NCBI GenBank assembly: GCA_951406725.2
Contig: OX597830.1
Location: forward strand, 18,476,001 to 18,540,000
Source of the DNA: Octopus vulgaris
Lineage: Eukaryota
DNA length: 64,000 nt
Direction of reading: 5' to 3'
In this document: positions 52,106-64,000 of the stretch, piece by piece
How the letters are laid out: the number at the start of each line of letters is the position of its first letter
How positions within the stretch are numbered: the first letter of the stretch is position 1
Program-made: the position numbers and the translations under genes
The notes under the pieces: model-generated
Databases searched by the model: none
What the model saw: only the letters and a program-made list of their open reading frames with translations
Told to the model about the DNA's origin: nothing

Positions 52106-52929
52106 ACTCAGCTATGTGCACCATATTTCTGGGTTTCAATGTCACTTAGCTTAATTTTTATAATCCATTCTTCAAGCAAGCAATAAAATAAGTACTATTA
52201 AAATTAATTTTGAGTTAATTAATCTATTTGTACAAACTTTCCATTTATTAGTTCCAAAAGTGCTCCAAGAAAGCGTACACATTCTTAAGAAAGCATTATA
52301 CGCTTGAAGAAGAATTCCCATCATCACAATTCTGTAATATGACCTTTGGGATAGAAGTGTATGTGTACTTTAATGATGATAAAATTAATGATGTTTTTGT
52401 TTTTAAATAAATAAGGTCACAAGTGAGTCTTTGATGGGGTACTAAAAAGGATTTAATTGATTTAATCAACTCCAAAAATAGTATCTAAAGAAAATATCAC
52501 TTATTGCACTTCTTAATGAAATAGCAAAGTGGTTAAGATATTGAACAAGTGTTTTGTAGGCTAAGAGCAGACCAGAGTTGTAAGTTTATAAATCAAAGCC
52601 ATATAATTGAAGTAGAGTACATATAAATATGAGTTCTATTTATATTATAATTTGACTTAACCCTTTCGTTACCGTATTTATTTTGAGATGCTCCATGTTT
52701 CTTTGAATTACTCAAAAATAACAAAGAATTTAGTAAAATAGCTTGGTTATCATTCAGCTAGTGTTACAAACATAAATTGTGACTAAGGTTTGGTGGAAGA
52801 TTTTAATTCAAAACATATGAAAACAAGACATTTGTACTCAGATCCAGAACCGGTTTCAGCTGGGTTGGTAATGAAAGGGTAAATAAAAAAAAAAAAGGTA
52901 TGTACTGGCATCGATTCATCATTTTCCAT

Positions 52930-53295
52930 AGGTGCAGACATGGCTGCGTGGTAAGAAGTTTGCTTCCCAATGTCATGGTTCTAAGATCAGTCCCACTGCG
53001 TGACACCTTTAACAAGTGTCTTATACTCTAGCCTTGGGAGTGGATTTGGTAGATGGAAATTTGTGTGTGTGTGTCTTTGTATCTATGTTTGTTCTCCTTG
53101 CCCCCCACCACTTGACAACCGGTGCTGGTGTGTTTACATCTCCTAATTTAGTGGTTCAGCTAAAAAGAGATCAATAGAATAAGTACCAAGCTTTAAGAAA
53201 AATAAGTATTGGCATCGATACATTTGACTAAGTTCTTCAAGGTGGTGCCCCAGCATGGCTGCAATCTAATGACTGAAACAAGTAAAAGATAAAAC
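52930..53295 (+). mobile_element. SINE family A, diverged
   Basis: Family blocks. Confidence 0.78.
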
Positions 53296-53334
53296 ATTTG
53301 GTTGTGTCTGGGAAGATAAAACATTTGGTTGTGT

Positions 53335-53615
53335 CCAGTAAAATTTCCACTTATTTCTTATTTTTATTGTCCTAAAATTTTCGGTGCGTCTTGTAACCTT
53401 TTCAGTAGTTTTGAGTCAAAACTTTTGAAAAGGTTGCAAGACGCAACAAAAATTTTAAGAAAATAAAAATAAGAAAAAAAAAGTGGAAATTATACCGGTG
53501 AGTGTGTTACATTATAAGGCACAAAAAGAAAATGACTCTTCTCAGACACAACAGAATATGCTTCAACACACGAACTCATATAAAGAATCTTGCAAACCAA
53601 ATCCAAAAACGAAAT
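53335..53615. mobile_element. Foldback element family, copy 2
   Basis: Hairpin centred near 53415 (agttttgagtcaaaact) with arms of ~75 bp. Confidence 0.75.
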
Positions 53616-54942
53616 AAAACATTTGATATTCTGAATAAATGAATGAATATTCCCATCCCTGTGAATGGGGGGTCAGAGGCCTCAAACACAACACATTTGT
53701 TGTGTTTTCATGTTACCTTCAAGATGAATGAGTTGATGGGCCCCAAGTTCTTGTCTGACATGATTTTCTGTCAGGGCTTACTCCCTTATCCTTCACCTTT
53801 TTGCAGGTACTCACAGACAGCAAGGGTTTATGCTCACATTTGACCTTCTGTTAGCCTGGCTGCCTGCAAATGTTGTGGTTCCAATGGTACATTTTCCTAG
53901 AGACATGCTTTAACAAATCTCATTAACATAGGCACAGTGGTCTTTGAGCATGCTAGATAATGACCAGGAATTTCTAAGTCCCTGTGCATTTGCTACATTT
54001 AGTTCATTAAGAATCCTCATCACAAGGCAAGGGAACCCAGATCAGTTGAAAGGACTTGACTAGGCAACAGCTTGTGCAGTCTTAGAGTATGCTAAATATT
54101 AACTAAGAACTTTTAAGTCCCTGCCCTGTTGCTTCACTGGATTCATTTCTCCTTTTAACAGTATCATTTTTGCTCTGATGGCTTTTTAGCAACCCCACTC
54201 ACAAGGAAAGTCTGGTAGAGGAGCCAATTTAGATGCAATGCCTCAACTATACCACAAACTGTACCAGACATGTTACCAGTAGCCCTCGTAAGTGACTTCA
54301 TGTATTCATACTCTAGCAAGAAGAGAAAGCGGTTTTTTCTCAACAAACATGAACTGCAATTAGAGAGGCTTGGAAAAAGAGTGTTAAGAAGATTTAATGC
54401 ACCAAACACATAATACATAGAGGTTTAGGCTTTCTTGCTGGCCTATGCCATGCGAACATGGATTGGATGGGTTGTCACAGCTGAAGTCCTTATTCAGAGT
54501 TATTGCCCTCCAAGATAGGTGAAGGGATCATGGATCACTCATATGTGATTCAATCTCCAATTAAATAACTGTTTTAAATAGTAATAATAATGGCTATAGC
54601 CAAGGTGGGATATTTTTTGAATATTTATGAATATTTATATATCAATTGTTTAAGCTTATATTTTCTATAACAATATCAATATAACAACTGAGACTTAAAG
54701 AAAACACCAGTGATGACTTAACAACGTTCATGTAATTTAATTAAGATTAAGCTAACAGAAACTGAAATCAGTCTAACGATACCAACTTAATGATAATAGA
54801 ATAAATATCGATGGAGCTACAACAGTGATCGCTTTGACCAAATAATACAACTGCACAAGCAAAAATGGAACTTCTAATGAATTATGTAGTCATTCAACCT
54901 GCTAGTATCAACAGTTAAATTTCCTTTAAATCACCCTACCAT

Positions 54943-55695
<753 letters not shown>

Positions 55696-55842
55696 CATAA
55701 AAAGAAAAGTAAAAATAGAAGAGTGGATTAGATATTGTCATCTGGGATGATACATCTGAAAAGAAAAATGGGAAGGTCACAACTAGAACACTTTTGAGCA
55801 TAGGTCAGCTCAAATCTAGGGCTAAACAACAATATTAACAAC

Positions 55843-56255
55843 TTTACTCTTTTACTTTTTTCAGTCAGTTGACTGTGGCCATGCTGGAGCACCGCCTTTA
55901 GTCAAGCAACTCGACCCCAGGACTTATTCTTTGTAAGCCCAGTACTTATTCTATCGGTCTCTTATGCCGAACCGCTAAGTGATGGGGACGTAAACACACC
56001 AGCATCAGTTGTCAAGCAATGCTAGGGGGACAAACACAGACACACAAACATACAAGCACACACATATATATATACATATATATATATACATATATACGAC
56101 GGGCTTCTTTCAGTTTCCGTCTACCAAATCCACTCACAAGGCTTTGGTCGGCCCGAGGCTATAGTAGAAGACACTTGCCCAAGGTGCCACGCAGTAGGAC
56201 TGAACCCAGAACCATGTGGTTGGTAAGCAAGCTACTTACCACACAGCCACTCCTG
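55843..56255 (-). mobile_element. SINE family A
   Basis: Full-length, low-divergence reverse copy. Confidence 0.9.
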
Positions 56256-56419
56256 CATGATATTATCCTAACATGGTCAACGTCAACCTGACCATGACTA
56301 CAGCATTGACTGTGCAGTGACATTAGCATGGACGTGACAACATGGACCGCAAAATTTGTTATCAACAATGTTGGTCTAATAGTAACTACAGTCATATTTA
56401 TTATTTATTAATTTCTTAT

Positions 56420-57035
56420 TTTTTTATTGCCCATAAGGGGCTTAACATAGTGGAGACAAACAAGAACAGACAAAGGGATTAAGTCAATTATATCAACCCC
56501 AGTGCGTAAATGGTACTTAATTTATCGATCCCGAATGGATGAAAGGCAAAGTTGACCTCGGCTGAATTTGAACTCAGAACGTAACGGCAGACGAAATACT
56601 GCTAAGCATTTTCGCCTGGCGTGCATACGTTTCTTTAGGCACAGGAGTGGCTGTGCACACATGGTTCCGGGTTCAGTCCCACTGCATGGCACCTTAGAAA
56701 GAAAGGTGTCTTCTACTATATATATACCCTTAGGCCAACTAAAACCTTTGTGAATGGATTTGGTAGATAGAAACTGAAAGAAGCCTACCATATACATATT
56801 TGTGTGTGTGCATGTTTGTGTGGGAGTAATATCTGTGTTTGTTCCCCAACCACTGCTTGACAACTGCTGTTGATGTATTTATGTCCCTGTAACTTAGTGG
56901 TTTGACAAAAGAAACCGATAGAATAAATACCAGGCTTTAATAAAAGTACTGGGGTTGATTCATTCAACTAAAATTCCTGAAGGTGCTGCCCCACCATGGC
57001 CAGTCTTATGACTATTACAAGTAAAAGTATAAGAG
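56420..57035. mobile_element. SINE B (56420-56625, minus) abutting SINE A (56637-57035, plus)
   Basis: Family blocks. Confidence 0.78.
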
Positions 57036-57044
57036 ATAAAAAAA

Positions 57045-57430
57045 TATGGTAAAGCAGAAGAATCCTTAGAGTTAGTCGAGTTAACGGTTCCTCATGAAGA
57101 TAACATGGATGCCGCTCGGGCTCAAAAGATTGACACAGTCGAAAGATTGTTGGACACAGTGTGAGATAACTGTTGTTATCATTAGGCCTAACTCATCGTA
57201 AAGTCACTACCACCATGACCGATATCCAAACTACAGTGGAGAAGGCTAGCCACTGGATTTAGTTAAAAAGAGACGATGAACAATGGCTAGAAGAATATTG
57301 AGCTTTATTTGATAACCAGTTGATCCAGCAAGTGGGGCTTCATATCAGTGAGGGGGGCTGGTGTGCATTGATGCTGTCGAGAGGTAGGCCCCAAAACGGC
57401 ACACATTCTCTCCTGATGACCCCATACACT
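57045..57430 (+). mobile_element. HERO/NeSL-like RLE retrotransposon 3' relic
   Basis: LVELTVPHEDNMDAA (ELTVPWE-like) and VEKASHWI*LKRDD C-terminal motif. Confidence 0.55.
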
Positions 57431-58704
57431 TGCTGGCTTCCGGTATGCAGAGTTTTTGACTGGCAGCACATGCATGTGCAAGTTGTTTGCAAGACATCAG
57501 GTCAAATTATAAAGCAGTGGCTGGTTACAGCTCTTAACATTCATAGTTCAAATCCCAGCATGGTCAGCTTTGTCTTTCATCCTTCTAATTAACCATATTT
57601 CTGTTGAAATACACTTCTTTTGTTTTAATTAATTTTGAAAATAATGAAGAATTTAATAAAATAACTTTGTCCTTATTGAACTGGTGTTGAAGCATGGCTG
57701 TGTGGTTAAGAAACTTGCTTCCCAATCATGTAGATTTGAGTTCAGTCCCATTTGGGCAAGCGTTTTCTATTATAGCCCCAGGGCAATCAATGACTTTTGA
57801 CAGGATTTGGTAGATGGAAACTGAAAGATGTCTGTGTGTGCATTGTGTTCATTTCCCACCACTGCTTGACAAACTCTGTTGGTTTGTTTACATCCCTATA
57901 AGTTAGCAACCTGGCAAAAGAGTCCAATTAAATAAAAGTGTACCAGACTTTTAAAAGATAAGTACAGGAGGAAAATTTGTTTGACTAAAACACTTAAAAG
58001 TGGTACCCCAGCATAGCTGTAACCAAATGAGTGAACAAGTAAAATAAAAAGATGAAGCTGGAAGGACTTTTTAAATTAGATCATTTTGAAACAGGAAGTT
58101 TGAGTCACTGAACCAAAAGCAGTCTCAGTTGGGGTAATTTCAAAAGGGTTAATTGATTGACCTCCCTTCCACAAATTTCTCACCTTATGCCTAAGTAAGA
58201 AATTATTGTTTATTAATTCATAACAAGACCACATGTTTTCAGGGAAGGGTATAGTCAATTAAATCGACCTCAGAGCTCGTCTGGTGCTTTATTTTACCGA
58301 CCCCAGAAGGGGATGAAAGGCGAATATAAGACAGTATATTTAGGTTTACTCTAAAATAATAAAGTAAACAGCAGGATTCAAAGAAACGAGCGATGGTCTG
58401 CTCTCAGCAAATAATGAGTACAAACTGTTCATAACATGAATAAAGTGGTTTGCTGTGAAGAAAGGTCAAACATTTTAGGTAGGACCCATCACTAGACAGA
58501 GAGAGAGAGAGGATTATACCGTGCCCCAAGTACCTTGGAGCACAGTATAACCCCTAGAAAAAACATATGGATGTAAGAAATTGCTGTAGAGCATAGCTAG
58601 ACATATAGTCTTATAAAGAATTCATATTATAAGTATAAACGTAGTTATGTTTACCTCACACCTTGTGATTCCAGGTTCAAATTAACTGTGCAGCAATCAG
58701 ATAA

Positions 58705-59000
58705 TATTTCGTTTTTGGATTTGGTTTGCAAGATTCTTTATATGAGTTTGTGTGTTGAAGCATATTCTGTTGTGTCTGGGGAGAGTCATTCTCTTTTTGT
58801 GCCTTATAATTTAACACATTCACCGGTAAAATTTCCACTTATTTCTTATTTTTATTTTCCTAGAATTTTCATTGTCTTGCAACCTTTTCAATAGTCTTAA
58901 GGTCGCAAGACGCAGCCAAAGTTTTAGGAACATAAAAATAAGAAATAAGTGGAAATTTTACCGGTGAGTGTGTTACATTATAAGGCGAGACACAACAGAA
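58705..59000. mobile_element. Foldback element family, copy 3
   Basis: Hairpin centred near 58895; same sequence as the copies at 28533 and 53335. Confidence 0.75.
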
Positions 59001-59152
59001 TCAGTCAATAAACAAACAGATATAAGTACTGGGTGAAGATATTCATTGGAGGTTGATGTAACTGTTGATGTTGGTGCCCCAGCATGACCACGGGCTAATG
59101 CCCGAAACCACTAAAGGAAAAAATAAATCAATATGTCCACTATTTGGTTTAA

Positions 59153-59372
59153 CCTTTTAGCATTTAAACCAGCTATACCGGGCCCAAATATTCCACCTGT
59201 TTGATGTTCAAACTGGCCAGATTCAAACATTCACACCTACCCTACAATGTCATTCTAAAAACTAACAATTGCAACATTGAAATCTCAAAACTATGAGATA
59301 ATGCATGATTAATTCGAAACAATGCGAATAAATAAGCATTATATTTGACAGAGTAGTCTGAATGCTAAAGGG
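59153..59372. mobile_element. piggyBac-type MITE
   Basis: Homologous to 39897-40115. Confidence 0.8.
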
Positions 59373-59649
59373 GTAACACATGATTTTCTCACATGCTTGC
59401 ACTCAAACTATAATTATTTATTCAGACTATTAGCAATATATAAACTAATTGAAAGAACATAGTTCCAAACACATCAACATCAACTTTGTGTTGAATGCCA
59501 TACTAACTTAGTCTTTCTGCTTTTGGACCCAAAAGTTCTTTGTAAAGGATATAATTTCAAATTTGCTTTAGGGAAAAAGCCAGAAATATCATTCTATATT
59601 GAGTTAATTAATTCATATGAAATATGTTAATTACTACATATATATATAT

Positions 59650-60045
59650 TCTTTTATTCTTTCGTTTGTTTTAGTCATTTTGACTGCAGCCATGCTGGAG
59701 CACTGACTTTAATCAAATGTATTGACCCCAGGACTTATTCTTTATCGGTCTCTTTTGCTGAACTGCTAAGTTACGGGGACGTAAACACACTAGCATCGGT
59801 TGTCGAGCAATGAGCAATAATGGGGGACAAACACAGACACACAAACATATATATACACACACACACACACACACATATATATATGACGGGCTTCTTTTAG
59901 TTTCCATCTACCAAATCCACTCACAAGGCTTTGGTTGGCCCGAGGCTGTAGTAGAAGACACTTGCCCAAGGTTCCATGCAGTGGGACTGAAACTGGAGCC
60001 ATGTGGTTGGTAAGCAAGCTACTTACCACACAGCCACTTCTGTGC
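59650..60045 (-). mobile_element. SINE family A
   Basis: Reverse copy. Confidence 0.85.
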
Positions 60046-60394
60046 CTATAATTGTAAATAAAGAAACAATCTCTTTCATAATGGAGTGAGAAATTTGATA
60101 AGGAATGAGATTTGGTAACGTTCATGCCATTCTCCAATACACCACAAATGTAGGCAAAAGGAAATGACTTCTGTGGGGGGAATCAAAAGGCTCTACAGGA
60201 GCTATGCAACAAGTCACAAGGGGTTTTTATTGTTGGCTGGCTTCCTTCAACAAGTGCTTTAAACCTAGCAAAGAATGTATATATAAACAAGAGCCTTGAA
60301 TCTGAAAGGGTGTGGAATGATTGCATATACATACATTATAATTTAAAAATATATATATACACACACTGATATATGATGATGATATATGTTGTTG

Positions 60395-60437
<43 letters not shown>

Positions 60438-60655
60438 CAAACCATGAATGTTTTAGGAAGAAGGGGACAGCTGTGTAAGCAATTCATTATTGCATGCATT
60501 CATGTGTGTCAGAGGTTCATTACTTATGCTGGTGAGTCAGCCCCACTTTCCTCCTTGTTCATTGTTTTTAGTTTTTCTTGTTTGCTTTTAGTAATTTTTT
60601 TTTTTTCTTTCCCATTCTCACCAAAGCATCTTCCCTGATCCAGAACACACTCATT

Positions 60656-60693
<38 letters not shown>

Positions 60694-61229
60694 AGAGTTG
60701 GCTACAGTCAAAATGACTTTCTTCTCTTTACCCCACCATTTCTTTCTAATAGGAACTCCTCTCCAAAACTGACACCCTACCCCTACTTCAAAGGAGCAAG
60801 TGATGGTGGTAGTGAAGAGATAGAGAATTCTTTCAACAATGACCACCACCACCACTGCCATCACCACCATATTTCCTCCAAGTGGTGGAGGGTGTCTACA
60901 CCCCTACTACCTATATTATTATCTTTTATCCCCATCACCTTCTATGCCTTCTTTGACCTAGACAGATCAACTTACTATAAACAACAGTTAAGTCAGTGTT
61001 AACATAGCTAAAACAGAACAAAAATCTAACTAGAAAATCTCATAATCATCATCATCATCCACAGCAGCATTATAAAGTCCATGTTGTCCATGCTGGAATG
61101 AGTTAGACCAGCACTCTTTTTTATCTACAGCCAAATGCCCTTCCAGTTGCCATCTCTTGATATTCAGTTGAAGAATTTTTATTCTGCTGATCCTCACTTG
61201 TTTTGAGTGATGAGGTCATTGCACCATTT

Positions 61230-62015
61230 TCTTTTATTTGTTTCAGTCATTTGACTGCAGCCATGCTGGAGCACTGCCTTTAGTCAAGCAAATCGACCCC
61301 CAGGACTTATTCTTTGTAAGCCTAGTACTTATTCTATCGTCTCTCTTGCTGAACCGCTAAGTTACGGGGACGTAAACACACCAGCATCAGTTGTCAAGTG
61401 ATGTTGGGAGGACAGACACACAAACACATATATATATGACAGGCTTCTTTCAGTTTCCGTCTGCCAAATCCACTCACAAGGCTTTGGTTGGCCCGAGGCT
61501 ATAGTAGAAGACACTTGCCCAAGGTGCCATGCAGTGGGACTGAACCCGGAACCATGCGGTTGTAAGCAAGCTACTGTGAAGATTGTTTACTGTAGAACTA
61601 AACAAATTCATGGTTGTAGCACAAAATGTGTTAAGACTTGTGGAATCAACATACAAGCATGCGTTCACATCTTTTACTTGTTTCAGTTATTAAACTGTGG
61701 CCATGCTGGGGTACTGCCTTGAAGAATTTTTAGTCGAATGAATTGAGCCCTATACTTATTTTTTTAAAGCCCCGTACTTATTCTATTGGTGCCCTTTGCC
61801 TAACCATTAAATTACAGGGATGTAAACATGCCAACACCAGCTGTCAAGTGATGGTGGGGGACAAACACAGATACACACATACCTACGACAGGCTTCTTTC
61901 AGTTTCTAGCTACCAAATCCACTTACAAGGCTTTGGTCAGCCTGAAGCTTGCCCAAGGTACCAAGCGATAGGACTGAACCCAGAACCACGTAGCTGGGAA
62001 ACAAACTTACCATAC
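61230..62015 (-). mobile_element. Two tandem SINE family A copies (61230-61575, 61670-62015)
   Basis: Family blocks. Confidence 0.82.
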
Positions 62016-62058
62016 ATCCACACCATACAAACATTTACGAGAGGCTTTCACCAATTCT

Positions 62059-62800
62059 CATCATCATTGTTCGACCATGGTCGAGACAATGGAATTTACC
62101 ATGCTACGCCAGACTTCACGGTCCATCATAGCATTACGGAGGTCCTGTTGCTGGATGCCTGTATCCTTGGAAATTACATCAGGGTAGGAGAGTTTGCGCC
62201 CTCTGGTATTGCAAGTAGATGGCTTCCAGAGGAGAAGAGTAGAAATTACCTCTTTTTCAGCTCTACAACAATGTCCAGCAAACTGGACTCTCCTACCTTT
62301 CACAAGAGATGACACAGGTGGTAGTTTCCCATATATTTGCATTTTGGTTGAATGGCGCTTCCACGAGAGATTTTGAGCTCTCATAAGGAGGCGAGTGTAG
62401 GTTCCATCCAACTGCCTCTCAAGCTTCTTTGATAACGTCCAGGTTTCTGAGCCATATAGTAGAATTGGTTCGACTGTGGCTTTGAAGATTTCAAGTTTGA
62501 AATCTCTACTTAGATTTGATGACCAGATTTTATGCATGTCATTACAGGCTGACCAGGCCATACCCTTTCTAGTTAGAAAATCTTTTTCAGATGATGATAT
62601 GTATGACCCAAGATATTTGTAATCAGAAACCATATTTAAGGGCGCATTGTTGAGAGTATGGATGATGCAATCACTGTTGGACAGGCACTTGTTTATATAT
62701 TTAGTCTTGGCCTCACTGAGGTAAAGACCTACACAATTTGAGGCTTGTTCGAGAGATTGTAAAAGAGACTGGGCATTGGAGAGAGAATCACTGATAAGAG
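62059..62800 (-). mobile_element. 5'-truncated RTE-clade LINE with an open RT C-terminal frame
   Basis: VGLYLSEAKTK, YKYLGS, ILLYGSETWTL, RRVQFAGHC; (TGA)n tail; 8-bp TSD ccaattct at 62051 and 62801. Confidence 0.9.
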
Positions 62801-63139
62801 CCAATTCTACTTGTAAAGCATTCGTCAGCTGAAGGCAACAGAGAAGACACTTGCCCAGAATGTCACACAGTGGGGTTGTGACAGAAATGTCATAACCACA
62901 CAGCCATGCCTGTACCTGAAGTATTGAAGAAAAAAATAATGTCAAGCATTAACAAATGTTGCTTTGATTCTTTTGGCAAATATGAGATCCAGACAAATGC
63001 TTTGAGTACAATTGATTGAAGGAAACTATTGAAGCCCAACATATATGTGCGTAGGGTCATGTGTATGCGTGTTTCCTTGCATGTCTGTTTGTATTAAGCT
63101 TCCTTAGCTGTAATGGAATGCTCCCTGCATTAAATATAT

Positions 63140-63335
63140 CGTTTTCAAATTCTGACACAAGGCCAGCAATTTCAGAAGGTTGCTTACATCGAACCCTTCC
63201 CCAAGTTCAATTGATACTTATTTTATCAACCCCAAAAGAATGAATGGCAAAGTCAACCTCCATAGAATTTGAACTCAAAACGAAGACAGGTGAAATACTG
63301 CTAAACATTTTGCTTGGCATGCCAACGATTCTGAC
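63140..63335 (-). mobile_element. SINE family B, diverged
   Basis: Family core. Confidence 0.7.
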
Positions 63336-63431
63336 AAACTATTATACTTTTTCATGCAGATGATATTGAGTAATTTTATTTTCTTAAACATTTGCTTTGT
63401 AATACACTATCTATTTTCTTGATTTTTAAAC

Positions 63432-63809
63432 CAGGGGTTCTCAAAGATTTTTTAATCTATGGACCCCTTTGATTACTATTTTATTGTGGTGGACCCCCTC
63501 CACCCCAACCATAGCCATTCAATGCTTAAAAACTACTTTTATAGAAACTTCTTTCAAAATTTCTATTTGTTTCGTCCATCACATATTTACTTGTGTAAGT
63601 TGAACTATGTAAAATGTTAGAGAAAGAAACCTAGCTGTTTCTTGCAGAGCCAAAAAATTACTTAACTTAACTTTACAACTAAAACAAAAGTTTTTAGGGA
63701 TCCTTAAAATGATATTGTGGATTCCTAATTTACTATTTTGTTGTGTGCCCACCCACCAAATCTTATATGGACACTCAGGGGCAATATGGACCCCAGTCGA
63801 GAATCACTG
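63432..63809. mobile_element. hAT-type MITE
   Basis: TIRs CAGGGGTTCTC / GAGAATCACTG; perfect 8-bp TSD TTTTAAAC. Confidence 0.85.
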
Positions 63810-64000
63810 TTTTAAACAAACCTGGCTAACCTGAGTCATTCAGTGATTTATAAATTAACCTCAATAAAAAAATCAATATTTAGACTTAACCCTTTCATTA
63901 CAAAATTTCTGTTGAAAATTGTTGCTTTGTGTCAGTTTTTTTTTTGAAAATGATGAAGCATTTAGGAAAATAAATGTCACTAATTAAAAATGAAGTTTTG

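Noticed and set aside
53640-54500. Possible host exons
   Set aside because: No sustained frame; weak resemblance to a very decayed LINE endonuclease region, too poor to call.
62064-62945. 293-aa ORF as a domesticated gene
   Set aside because: The N-terminus is read-through from a SINE relic; the LINE part is truncated after the catalytic DD and has a TSD.

Overview
AT-rich, microsatellite-dense eukaryotic DNA made almost entirely of transposable elements. The SINE families, RTE tails and (TA)n/(CA)n load suggest an octopod cephalopod intron or intergenic region (inference, not a database result). I found no host protein-coding exon that I can support; nearly all listed ORFs are microsatellite or SINE read-throughs. 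Real coding relics are all decayed: a complete Ty3/Gypsy element (13995-20023, minus; both LTRs and a CCAGC target-site duplication), mariner (8126-9782) and Tc1 (31576-32843) transposases, and CR1/L2, RTE, R4/Dong and HERO-like LINE fragments. Non-coding elements include two non-autonomous Helitrons, piggyBac-, hAT- and Tc2-type MITEs, and more than 40 tRNA-type SINE copies. The most interesting signals are foldback elements carrying hammerhead-ribozyme-like cores (a good one at 41481-41563 and a possible U3:A8 variant family), a ~180-bp direct repeat around a SINE, a TIR element containing telomere-like repeats, and deeply nested insertions. Coordinates were read by eye and may be off by a few bases.
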